Below, one piece after another: positions 1 to 8,271 of a stretch of 64,000 nucleotides of DNA; positions within the stretch are counted from its first letter, which is position 1; every line of letters starts with the position of its first letter. The stretch is from Sedimentisphaerales bacterium. Its GTDB lineage: Bacteria > Planctomycetota > Phycisphaerae > Sedimentisphaerales > Anaerobacaceae. The stretch spans positions 640,001-704,000 of the forward strand of contig JAXGYC010000007.1 of the NCBI GenBank assembly GCA_040772485.1. Reading direction: 5' to 3'. The notes under the pieces were generated by a model. The model saw only the letters and a program-made list of their open reading frames with translations, was not told where the DNA came from and made no database searches. A program made the translations under genes and the position numbers.

Positions 1-144
1 GCAGAACCGCCAACCCGCGGAGGAAGTAGCTCTTGAATCGTTTGGTTATGCCCATTCCGCTACAACAGCCCTTCGCCGCCGTCAGGAAGGCCCCATCCCA
101 GACGTCGGGCGACCGGAAAGCCGCATCTATCCAACGCGTATAGC

Positions 145-1191
145 CTAATTTGCGCCATTTTGGCCGTCAACTAAAAACTGGCTGGGCAGATGGCCGCCGA
201 GCAAATGGACCATCCCGCCGGGCAGCGAAGCCAGCACCCAGACGGACCTCTGACAGAACGCCAGCGCCAGGGCGCTTTCCCGCGTCGCGGCGGTCAGCGA
301 GGTAAACAGAGTCACAAGGCCCGCCTCCAGCACGCCCAGCCCGGCGATGCTGACGGGAATGGCCCCGATCACCCAGGTGATGGGGAAGATTACGAAGTAG
401 TATTTGGGTCCGGCTTCGAGACCGAGGTTACGGCCCAGCAGCCAGAACGCCGCGATCACGATGCTCTGGCCCAGCAGCGTCAGCAGCATCGCCGCGGCCA
501 TCGTCCAGGGCTTGCGGCAGTAGACCACCAGGGCGGCCCAGACCCTGCCGAGCATCTGGGCGCTACGGCCCCAGAGCTGCCCGCCGGCCCGCTGGAGCCG
601 CCTCCGGCTGCCCGGATGGACCAGCAGCGCCGCCAGCAGAACCGCTCCAATCGCCAGGATCCACAGAATCGCCCCGTGCGACGATGCGACGCCCTGCTCG
701 ACCGCTTCGGCCGGCCCTGCTTCCGCTGCCAGTGGCCGGCCCCGGAGGAACAGCAGGTAGGCCACCAGCGCCATCAGCATCATGCCGGCCAAGCCCACCA
801 GCCGGTCGATGAATACGCTCAGAACCCCTTCGAGCCTCCGATGCGTATGCTTGGTCACGTAGTACGCCTTCAGCAGGTCGCCCCCCACCGAGCTGGGCAT
901 GACATTGTTGTAGAACAGCCCGACGAAATACAGCCTTACCGCCGCGATGACGCCGATGTGGATCGACTGCGCCCGCAGCAGCAGCCACCAGCGGAACGCC
1001 ACCACGATCTGTCCGATAATGTAGGCGGCCAGGCTCAGCGCGAAGTATCCCCAGCTCAACCGGCTGAAAACCTCTCGCAGTTTCTCCCAATCCTGGCCGC
1101 GAAAGACCCATACTATCGCGAGCGTCGCCACCACGATGCGTGCGACCAGCGATAGATGCCGGGTCTTCCTGGCGTCCTGTGCCTTTGGCAA
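145..1191 (-). CDS. Lysylphosphatidylglycerol synthase TM domain (UPF0104, flippase-like) membrane protein
   Basis: Multiple TM segments; motifs RWWLLL, FYNNVMPSSVGGD, IPVSIAGLGVLE. Start trimmed to TTG at 1191 behind GGAGG. Confidence 0.8.
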   Translation of the reverse strand: MPKAQDARKTRHLSLVARIVVATLAIVWVFRGQDWEKLREVFSRLSWGYFALSLAAYIIGQIVVAFRWWLLLRAQSIHIGVIAAVRLYFVGLFYNNVMPSSVGGDLLKAYYVTKHTHRRLEGVLSVFIDRLVGLAGMMLMALVAYLLFLRGRPLAAEAGPAEAVEQGVASSHGAILWILAIGAVLLAALLVHPGSRRRLQRAGGQLWGRSAQMLGRVWAALVVYCRKPWTMAAAMLLTLLGQSIVIAAFWLLGRNLGLEAGPKYYFVIFPITWVIGAIPVSIAGLGVLEAGLVTLFTSLTAATRESALALAFCQRSVWVLASLPGGMVHLLGGHLPSQFLVDGQNGAN

Positions 1192-1284
1192 CTTCTGCCT
1201 CCCAAAAGCGCGTTCCACCAAATCATAGCGACTAAAACCGGACGTGACAAGACGTTGCCGCCGATTCCCCCTGGCCGTGTGCCT

Positions 1285-1310
1285 GTAGGGGCGAGGCATG
1301 CCTCGCCCCC
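1285..1310 (+). repeat. GTAG-type REP-like palindrome
   Basis: GTAG followed by perfect palindrome GGGGCGAGGCATGCCTCGCCCC, intergenic. Confidence 0.6.
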
Positions 1311-1501
1311 ACCGACTGCGCGCGGTCTGCCCGTTCGCAGTGTGCCCGTAAGGGCATAGGCAGGCTGAGAACCGAGTGAATAGCCCGCCGCGGCGGGCCA
1401 CTACGAACAACTTCATTTTCTCGTTTTTTCGCAGAAATCCCGTCACGCGGACCGCACTCGCTGGACTTCTATGGTAGAATGCCACCAGCGGGAGGCATGG
1501 C

Positions 1502-2512
1502 ATGGAGACCGAAAGCGAAAGATGCCATCGCAAACGTAGCCCGACGAGCCGGACGCGCAGTCTTCGTGCGCCCATATCGTGCGTCTCAACTGACCCGCCT
1601 CGCGCAATCATCAATAATCAATCATCAACAATCAATCCCCACGCGCTCATATCGTGCGCCCCTGACGATCCGCGCCGCCCAATCATCAATAATCAATCAT
1701 CAATAATCCATTCCCACGCCTTCACCCTGATCGAGCTGCTGGTTGTCATCGCGGTGATCGCGCTGCTGCTGGCACTGCTGTTTCCGGCTCTCCAGGGGGT
1801 CCGCAAGCGTGCCAACGCGGTGGTATGTCAGGCGAGACTGCGCGAGGCCGGCCTGATCCTGGCCCTGTACGCGCAGGAGAACAACGGGATACTGCCCCAC
1901 CATTACGGCGGCATCGTCGATCCCACCCAAATCTCGTCAAGACCGCCTTTCGACAAGAACCCGGAATTGGGTCTGTGTCCCTCAGCGCCACGACCACTGC
2001 CGGGCGAACAGTTGCCTTGGGGTGGCCCGTTCGCGGCCTACTGCGTCGAAATCAGCATTGGAGACTACCAGGTTGGATACACATGGCCCGAGTCCCTCCT
2101 TCACTGGCGCAGCTACGGCCTCAACCGCTGGACCGCGAGCATTCCATCGTCCAGAGGAGGCCCGATCTGTCTCAATGGCCCTACCTGGGGCGCGACGGAC
2201 GTCAAAGGAGCATCGAACGTCCCGGTCGTGCTCGACTGCACGTGGCAAGTCGTCTATCCCTACGACGATGACGGTCCGCCGCCGTATGAGGGCCACATCG
2301 TCGAGGACCAGATGTCGACGGTCTGCATCGACCGCCACCAAGGCGGAATCAATGCCGCGTTCCTGGACTTCTCCGTTCGCAAGGTCGGTCTCAAGGAACT
2401 CTGGACTCTCAAGTGGAGCCGCACTTTCGACACCGCCGGACCGTGGACCAAGACCGGAGGCGTTCTGCCCGAGGATTGGCCGAAATGGATGCGAAAGTAC
2501 AGGGACTATTGA
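1502..2512 (+). CDS. Prepilin-type N-terminal cleavage/methylation protein (DUF1559-like), array copy 1
   Basis: [17 protein letters not shown] at 1721; C-terminal RH-X9-DF plus conserved VGLKELW...DWP..WM..DY tail; GGAGG before ATG. Confidence 0.9.
   Translation: METESERCHRKRSPTSRTRSLRAPISCVSTDPPRAIINNQSSTINPHALISCAPDDPRRPIINNQSSIIHSHAFTLIELLVVIAVIALLLALLFPALQGVRKRANAVVCQARLREAGLILALYAQENNGILPHHYGGIVDPTQISSRPPFDKNPELGLCPSAPRPLPGEQLPWGGPFAAYCVEISIGDYQVGYTWPESLLHWRSYGLNRWTASIPSSRGGPICLNGPTWGATDVKGASNVPVVLDCTWQVVYPYDDDGPPPYEGHIVEDQMSTVCIDRHQGGINAAFLDFSVRKVGLKELWTLKWSRTFDTAGPWTKTGGVLPEDWPKWMRKYRDY
1605..1712 (+). repeat. Two in-frame ATCAAT(A/C) heptamer arrays inside a ~75 bp tandem duplication
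   Basis: CAATC-ATCAATA-ATCAATC-ATCAACA-ATCAATC (1605-1637) and CAATC-ATCAATA-ATCAATC-ATCAATA-ATCCATT (1680-1712). Confidence 0.85.
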
Positions 2513-2517
2513 AAGGC

Positions 2518-2566
2518 CGTATCTCGTTGCTCGTATCTCGTGAAGCGTGAAGCGTTAAGCGTGAAG
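2518..2566 (+). repeat. Intergenic heptamer array CGTATCT/CGTGAAG (7 units)
   Basis: CGTATCT CGTTGCT CGTATCT CGTGAAG CGTGAAG CGTTAAG CGTGAAG. Confidence 0.9.
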
Positions 2567-2588
2567 CGATTGGCAGGGAGTGGACAAG

Positions 2589-3755
2589 ATGAACGGTTGC
2601 GATTCGATCATTCCGACCGCAAGGGCACCGAGCCCACGACTCTGTCATTCCGAGCCCATTCGGGTCCCTCAGGGCAGGCTGCGTCGAGGAATCCGGCTGC
2701 GAACCAGGAGCGCGTCCGGGCTCTGGGCAGATCCCTCGACTCCGCGTTGCTCCGCTCGGGATGACAGAAGGGGAAAGGGACCCGCTCCGCACGATAAGAC
2801 CGCATGGAGCCGCAATAGACGCGAAACAAATCCCAACCGCAGGCCGCTCGACATCGCCCGCCGACGCACCCCAATCATCAATAATCAATCATCAATAATC
2901 AACTCCCACGCTTTCACACTGATCGAGCTGCTGGTGGTCATTGCGGTCATTGCGCTGCTGATGGCGATCCTGATCCCGGCCCTGCAGCGGGCCCGGCGGC
3001 AGGCGCGCACCGTGGTTTGCCAGTCGAACTTGCGACAGTGGGCCATGACGCTGTCCGCCTACACCGAAGAACACAACGGGCACTTCCCTTCCAGCGGGAA
3101 CCCCAACAACGGTATCTGGATGCTGCGCGGCACATTCATCGGCGACGAAGACCCCAATGCCGACCACGCGGCGTTTCACGGCTTCACCACGAGGAGAATC
3201 GCGTTGTGTCCGGCGGCTACCAAGCCGTTTCGCAACGGCACGTTCCGGATCTCGCAGAGTGGGACCGAGGGAACCTGGCGAATAGAAGGCGAAGCCGGAT
3301 CGTCGACCGACGCCTGGCAGGTCCTTGTCCCGGGCCCGCCGTTCGTGGGCAGCTACGGGTACAACGGCAGTCTCTTCCACGGGTTCACCGCCATGGAGCA
3401 GCCCCGAATGCGGTTAGGGAAGGTCTTTTTCAACGTCCTGTCGATGCGAGGCCTCGCGAGTATCCCCGTCATGCTGGATTCGATCACACCCATGTCCGAC
3501 CCCTTCATTTCCATGTCTCCCCCCATGGGCGACGGACGTCACGGCGGCGCCGGCCTGAACAGATACTGCATAGACCGGCATGGCCTGGCCGTCAACGGGA
3601 TGTTCCTTGACTGGTCCGTCCGCAAGGTCGGGCTCAAGGAGCTTTGGGTCCTGAATTGGGCGTACGATTTCGACCGCGCGGGCCCCTATACCAAAGCCGG
3701 CGGCGTCCAGCCTGACGACTGGCCGCAGTGGATGAGAAAGTGCAAGGACTATTAG
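2589..3755 (+). CDS. Prepilin-type DUF1559-like protein, array copy 2
   Basis: AFTLIELL at 2913; RHGLAVNGMFLDWS and conserved tail; ATG 2589 8 nt after GGAG. Confidence 0.9.
   Translation: MNGCDSIIPTARAPSPRLCHSEPIRVPQGRLRRGIRLRTRSASGLWADPSTPRCSARDDRRGKGPAPHDKTAWSRNRRETNPNRRPLDIARRRTPIINNQSSIINSHAFTLIELLVVIAVIALLMAILIPALQRARRQARTVVCQSNLRQWAMTLSAYTEEHNGHFPSSGNPNNGIWMLRGTFIGDEDPNADHAAFHGFTTRRIALCPAATKPFRNGTFRISQSGTEGTWRIEGEAGSSTDAWQVLVPGPPFVGSYGYNGSLFHGFTAMEQPRMRLGKVFFNVLSMRGLASIPVMLDSITPMSDPFISMSPPMGDGRHGGAGLNRYCIDRHGLAVNGMFLDWSVRKVGLKELWVLNWAYDFDRAGPYTKAGGVQPDDWPQWMRKCKDY
2643..2766. repeat. TGTCAT...ATGACA palindromic element in leader of copy 2
   Basis: Arms TGTCATTCCGAGC..GTCGAGGAATC and GATCCCTCGAC..GCTCGGGATGACA. 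Confidence 0.85.
2872..2904 (+). repeat. In-frame ATCAAT(A/C) heptamer array
   Basis: CAATC ATCAATA ATCAATC ATCAATA ATCAACT just before the cleavage motif. Confidence 0.85.
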
Positions 3756-3757
3756 AG

Positions 3758-3785
3758 CGTCGCTCGTCCCTCCTCGCTCGTATCT
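3758..3785 (+). repeat. Intergenic degenerate heptamer array (4 units)
   Basis: CGTCGCT CGTCCCT CCTCGCT CGTATCT. Confidence 0.7.
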
Positions 3786-3801
3786 CGCAGGAGCAGACAG
3801 A

Positions 3802-4827
3802 ATGGTTGGTGGTCCGATCAACACTTCGACTATGAATCGCGCTCGATCACGACATTGTCATCCCGAGCGCAGTCGAGGGATCTGGCTGCGAACAGAGCGC
3901 ACGTCTCAGCTAAGGCCAGACCTTTCGACTTCGCTGCGCTTCGCTCAAGGTGACAAACGGGGGCGTGGCTACGCCTTTACCTTGATCGAACTGCTGGTGG
4001 TCATTGCGGTGATCGCGCTGCTGATGGCGATCCTGATCCCGGCGCTGCACCGGGCGCGAAATCAGGCGAGGACCGTGGTTTGCCAGTCGAACTTGCGACA
4101 GTGGGCGATGACTCTGGGCGCTTACACCCAGGCTTGCGAGGGCCGTTTTCCCTCCGTCGCACACGGTTGGGGCGTTCTGTGGCTGTTGCGCGGGACTTTC
4201 ATCGGCGACAGCGACCCTAACGCGAATCACGCGGAGCTCCACGGCTTCCACACGAGAGGCATCGCGTTATGCCCCATGGCGAGCCGGCCCCGACCGGACG
4301 ATCCCAATAGTGGCGGGTTTGTCATATCCGACACTACCCCCAGTATGTCGTGGCGCATAAGGGGAGATAACGGGACGTCCACCGAGGCATGGCAGATTCT
4401 CACGCCGGAGCCGCGATTTGCGGGCAGTTACGGATACAACAGCGCCCTGTTGAGGGCGTTTCGCATCGAGCGCGATCCGCGCCCTGACGAGCCCCCCGAG
4501 TTGAACATCTTCTTGCTCCGAGAGCACGCGAGCATTCCCGTGCTGCTCGATGCGAGGTGGCCATTGCCCGCGATAGACAGCGCCTATGCCATCGGTGCCC
4601 GCGGCTGGGGAGGCGGGCTCCCGGGCCTGGGCGGTTTCCTCATGGACCGACACGGCAGAGAGACCAACGGCATGTTCCTCGACTGGTCTGTCCGCCGCGT
4701 CGGCCTCAAGGAACTCTATACCCTCAAGTGGGCCTCCGACTTCAACCGGGCGAACCGCTGGATGAAGGCCGGGGGCGTCCAGCCCGACGACTGGCCCAAA
4801 TGGATGAGAGAGTGCAAGGACTACTGA
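3802..4827 (+). CDS. Prepilin-type DUF1559-like protein, array copy 3
   Basis: AFTLIELL at 3976; RHGRETNGMFLDWS and conserved tail; AGGAG upstream. Confidence 0.9.
   Translation: MVGGPINTSTMNRARSRHCHPERSRGIWLRTERTSQLRPDLSTSLRFAQGDKRGRGYAFTLIELLVVIAVIALLMAILIPALHRARNQARTVVCQSNLRQWAMTLGAYTQACEGRFPSVAHGWGVLWLLRGTFIGDSDPNANHAELHGFHTRGIALCPMASRPRPDDPNSGGFVISDTTPSMSWRIRGDNGTSTEAWQILTPEPRFAGSYGYNSALLRAFRIERDPRPDEPPELNIFLLREHASIPVLLDARWPLPAIDSAYAIGARGWGGGLPGLGGFLMDRHGRETNGMFLDWSVRRVGLKELYTLKWASDFNRANRWMKAGGVQPDDWPKWMRECKDY
3856..3955. repeat. 100 bp palindromic element in leader of copy 3
   Basis: TGTCATCCCGAGCGCAGTCGAGGGATCTGGC...GCCAGACCTTTCGACTTCGCTGCGCTTCGCTCAAGGTGACA. Confidence 0.9.
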
Positions 4828-4829
4828 CG

Positions 4830-4857
4830 CGTAACTCGTGAAGCGTGAAGCGCGAAG
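4830..4857 (+). repeat. Intergenic heptamer array CGTGAAG (4 units)
   Basis: CGTAACT CGTGAAG CGTGAAG CGCGAAG. Confidence 0.85.
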
Positions 4858-4879
4858 CGATTGGATGGAAGTGGACAAG

Positions 4880-5896
4880 ATGAACGGTTGCGATTCTGTC
4901 ATTCCGACCGCAGGGCCGCCGAGCCCGCGACTCTGTCATCCCGAGCGCAGTCGAGGGATCTGGCTGCGAACAGAGCGCATGTCTCAGCCAAGGCCAGACC
5001 TTTCGACTTCGCTGCGCTTCGCTCAAGGTGACAAACGGGGACGCGGCTACGCCTTTACGCTAATCAAATTGCTGGTGGTCATCGCCGTCGTTGCCCTGCT
5101 GATGGCGATTTTGATCCCGACTTTGCATCGCGCGAGGAATCAGGCGAGAGGCGCGGTCTGCCAGTCCAATCTGCGCCAGTGGGCGATGACCCTGGCCACC
5201 TACACCGATGACCACGATGGACGCTTTCCTTCCGATCTGGGCGGCATGGGGGGCATGTGGTTGCTGCGCGGCACCTTCCTACCCGCCGACGACCCCAACG
5301 TCGATGGAGCGGCCTACCATCACTTCCATACGAAAGGCATCGCGCTGTGCCCGATGGCCACCAAACCAACGGGCGAGGGCGGTTGGGGCGCTGTCGGCGG
5401 CGGCGATGCGATCCCGTACCGCCTGGAGGGCAGCAGCGGGTCTTCGACTGCTGCCTGGGAGATCACCAGTCCGCCTCCGCCATTTCGCGGCAGCTATGGA
5501 TACAACACTTATCTGATGCAAGGCTTCGCGATCCGTATGTCGTTGTCGATGATCGTTTATGGCATCGACTTTAACGTCCATGCCGCGCGAGGTCGGGCGG
5601 ACATCCCCGTCCTGTTGGATTCGACCAGCCCCTGGGCGCGCCCGCGCGATAGCGAGCCGCCGACGCTCCGCCCGGGCGGGGGTGGCGGCGGCGGCCTGAA
5701 CTGTTTTCTCATGGATCGCCATGGCCGCCACGTCAACGGCATGTTCCTCGACTGGTCGGTGCGTCCCGTCGGCCTCAAAGAGCTCTGGACGCTGAAATGG
5801 GCCTCCGACTACGACAGAAACGGCCCCTGGACCAAGGCCGGCGGCGTCGACCCCGACCGCTGGCCCGCGTGGATGCGAGAGTGCAAGGACTACTGA
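4880..5896 (+). CDS. Prepilin-type DUF1559-like protein, array copy 4 (FTLIKLL variant)
   Basis: AFTLIKLLVVIAVVALL at 5054; RHGRHVNGMFLDWS and conserved tail; start by analogy with copy 2. Confidence 0.88.
   Translation: MNGCDSVIPTAGPPSPRLCHPERSRGIWLRTERMSQPRPDLSTSLRFAQGDKRGRGYAFTLIKLLVVIAVVALLMAILIPTLHRARNQARGAVCQSNLRQWAMTLATYTDDHDGRFPSDLGGMGGMWLLRGTFLPADDPNVDGAAYHHFHTKGIALCPMATKPTGEGGWGAVGGGDAIPYRLEGSSGSSTAAWEITSPPPPFRGSYGYNTYLMQGFAIRMSLSMIVYGIDFNVHAARGRADIPVLLDSTSPWARPRDSEPPTLRPGGGGGGGLNCFLMDRHGRHVNGMFLDWSVRPVGLKELWTLKWASDYDRNGPWTKAGGVDPDRWPAWMRECKDY
4934..5033. repeat. 100 bp palindromic element in leader of copy 4
   Basis: Near-identical to 3856-3955. Confidence 0.9.
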
Positions 5897-5898
5897 TG

Positions 5899-5940
5899 CG
5901 TGACTCGTGAAGCGTGACTCGTGAAGCGTGAAGCATGAAG
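5899..5940 (+). repeat. Intergenic heptamer array CGTGACT/CGTGAAG (6 units)
   Basis: CGTGACT CGTGAAG CGTGACT CGTGAAG CGTGAAG CATGAAG. Confidence 0.9.
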
Positions 5941-5962
5941 CGATGGGCAGGGAGTGGACAAC

Positions 5963-7000
5963 ATGAGCCGTTGCGATTCGATCATTGCGACCGGAAGGGC
6001 GCCGAGCCCACGACCTGGTCATCCCGAGCGGAGCAACGCGGAGCCGAAGGATCTGGCCAGTGACGTGGCGCGCTTCTCATTCGCAGCCATCCCGATGGAC
6101 ATCGGGATCGACCGCGCTCGGGATGACACAGGAGGAAGGGGAACCGGTCTGCACGATACGGATCAAATCGCCCCAATCATCAATCGTCAATCATCAATGA
6201 TCCATTCCAGAGCCTTCACACTGATCGAGCTGCTGGTGGTCATCTCCATCATCGTGATGCTGATGGCGCTGCTGCTTCCCGTCCTGGGCCGTGCCAGACG
6301 GACTGCCAGGGCCGCCGTCTGCCTGTCCAGGCTCCATCAGTCGTCGCTGGCGTTCAAGATGTATACCGACACCAATGAAGGTCGGTGGTTTACGGCTGAC
6401 AAGGACGATGATGGGCGAACCGGCCCGCAGAACTGGCTGGGTCTGGTCGCGTCGTTCTGGGCCAATACGCCGGGCTGCATGGCCTGCCCGATGGCGACCA
6501 AGGGCTGGGATGGCCACTCCGACTACGATGCATTCACCGCCTGGGTCGCGCCGAATCAGTCTGCCGCCGCGATGGTCCGGGGCGAACCGGTTCGCGGTCC
6601 GGTCAGCTACGCCTTCAACAACCACGTTTCCTGTCCAGGTCCAGACGTGGCAACTGATCCGAGGAATCCGTACTGGGGGACCTGTGACGTGAAGGGAGCG
6701 GCGCATGTGCCGGTGTTGTTCGACTGCGCCGATGAGTCGGTATACACAACCGCACTGGTCGGCCCGAGGCCGACCGAAGCGCTGCCGATGAACGATCCGA
6801 GATGGCTGATGTGTATCGACCGCCACGATGGCGGGATCAACATGCTGTTCATGGACTGGTCCGTGCGCAGGGTGGGACTGAAGGAACTCTGGACGCTCAA
6901 GTGGCACCGCCAGTTCGACACCGCGGGACCGTGGACCAGGGCCGGCGGCGTGGAGCCCGAGGACTGGCCGCAGTGGATGCGCCGGTTCAAAGATTATTAG
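5963..7000 (+). CDS. Prepilin-type DUF1559-like protein, array copy 5
   Basis: AFTLIELL at 6215; [14 protein letters not shown] and conserved tail. Confidence 0.9.
   Translation: MSRCDSIIATGRAPSPRPGHPERSNAEPKDLASDVARFSFAAIPMDIGIDRARDDTGGRGTGLHDTDQIAPIINRQSSMIHSRAFTLIELLVVISIIVMLMALLLPVLGRARRTARAAVCLSRLHQSSLAFKMYTDTNEGRWFTADKDDDGRTGPQNWLGLVASFWANTPGCMACPMATKGWDGHSDYDAFTAWVAPNQSAAAMVRGEPVRGPVSYAFNNHVSCPGPDVATDPRNPYWGTCDVKGAAHVPVLFDCADESVYTTALVGPRPTEALPMNDPRWLMCIDRHDGGINMLFMDWSVRRVGLKELWTLKWHRQFDTAGPWTRAGGVEPEDWPQWMRRFKDY
6018..6127. repeat. Palindromic element in leader of copy 5, inverted relative to the other copies
   Basis: GTCATCCCGAGCGGAGCAACGCGGAG..GATCT is the reverse complement of the right arm of 2643-2766. 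Confidence 0.8.
6174..6206 (+). repeat. In-frame ATCAATC heptamer array
   Basis: CAATC ATCAATC GTCAATC ATCAATG ATCCATT. Confidence 0.8.
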
Positions 7001-7001
7001 G

Positions 7002-8117
7002 ATGGACGTCGATCCTACAACGGTCTTGACTGGGAGTGCGGCTCGATCACGACCTTGTCATCCCGAGCGCAGTCGAGGGATCTGGCTGCGAACGGAGCGC
7101 ACGTCTCAGCTATGGCCAGACCTTTCGACTTCGCTGCGCTTCGCTCAAGGTGACAAGAAACAGAGGCGCTCCGCTCGGGATGACAAACGGGGGCGTGGCC
7201 GCGCCTTCACGCTGATCGAGCTGCTGGTGGTCATCGCGGTGATCGCGCTGCTGATGGCGTTGCTGGTCCCCGCCCTCCGCGCCGCTCGCGAGCAGGCCCG
7301 AAGAGCCGTCTGCCTATCCAATCTCCGCCAGCTCACGCTCGCCTGGCTGCTCTACGCACAGGAACACAACGGTTGTCTTGTCATGGGCAGAGTCGCTGGT
7401 CCATCCATCTGGGGGCTCCCGAGCGAGCCACATCCTCCAAAAGTGTTCGGCTGGCTGGGGAGGGCCTTTGAGCAGACGGACCGTTTGGCAATCATGGAGC
7501 ATCCCGATAAGGGGAGCCTCTGGCCCTACATCAACGACGTGGATTTCTATCGTTGTCCAAACGGCGCGCCCGGCCACCTCTCAACCTACGGCATCGTCTC
7601 GGGCGCCAACGGTGCGCCGGTGGACGGAACATGTGTAGACAGCGAGGACCCAGAGACGTTGAGCCACATAGGCACGCGGGTGGGCGGAACCGTCCTGTAT
7701 CTGACCCGTCTGGACCAGATCGCGCGTCCTGGTGCCGGCAGGCGGGCGGTCTTCATCGACCTCGGCCAGCACGTTCTTGATGATTTCCGTGTATTCTACC
7801 TCCATCCCATGTGGTGGTCTGGCGACCCGCCTCCCCTCCGTCATACGAACGGCACCACACTGTCCTTCGCCGACGGCCACGGCGAATACTGGAGGTGGAA
7901 GGGCCGCGAGACCCTCACCATCCCTCGCATACTCAGTCCTATGGGCGACCTTTTCATTGAAGTCATTGACTATGACATCCTCAGCGAGGTGGCATTGCCA
8001 CGCGGCAGGCGCGACTACGGCTACAAGGTGCAGACCGAGGACGGCCTGTACGACTTGCAGCGGCTCCAGCGCGTCACCTGGGGCCGACTGGGCTATGGGG
8101 CCGAAGCGACTCCGTAG
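7002..8117 (+). CDS. Prepilin-type DUF1559-like protein with H-X9-DG motif, array copy 6
   Basis: AFTLIELL at 7206; [17 protein letters not shown] 1 nt after the previous stop. Confidence 0.9.
   Translation: MDVDPTTVLTGSAARSRPCHPERSRGIWLRTERTSQLWPDLSTSLRFAQGDKKQRRSARDDKRGRGRAFTLIELLVVIAVIALLMALLVPALRAAREQARRAVCLSNLRQLTLAWLLYAQEHNGCLVMGRVAGPSIWGLPSEPHPPKVFGWLGRAFEQTDRLAIMEHPDKGSLWPYINDVDFYRCPNGAPGHLSTYGIVSGANGAPVDGTCVDSEDPETLSHIGTRVGGTVLYLTRLDQIARPGAGRRAVFIDLGQHVLDDFRVFYLHPMWWSGDPPPLRHTNGTTLSFADGHGEYWRWKGRETLTIPRILSPMGDLFIEVIDYDILSEVALPRGRRDYGYKVQTEDGLYDLQRLQRVTWGRLGYGAEATP
7056..7185. repeat. 100 bp palindromic element plus extra right arm in leader of copy 6
   Basis: 7056-7155 near-identical to 3856-3955; extra GCTCCGCTCGGGATGACA at 7168-7185. 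Confidence 0.9.
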
Positions 8118-8271
8118 CGGGAAATGCGAGCATAACAACGAGGCGATGCGGAAAGGAGGTGATGCCTATGCCCTATGCAGCCTCGGGAGGCATAGGCGGC
8201 AGACCCCGGTTCGCGAGGCAACAGACGTGCCGTCCGGTGCATGCCATGATCCTCGACACCATCCCGCGCTG

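Noticed and set aside
1192..1614. N-terminal extensions in the ORF track (also 56195-56356, 53520-53729, 36334-36609)
   Set aside because: They overlap promoters, repeats or divergent genes; better RBS-supported starts lie downstream.
1502..8117. Array as CRISPR, integron or DGR
   Set aside because: Units are ~1 kb genes, not spacers. The palindromes lie inside ORFs and lack attC core sites. No cas, intI or reverse transcriptase, and no adenine-specific TR/VR pair was seen.
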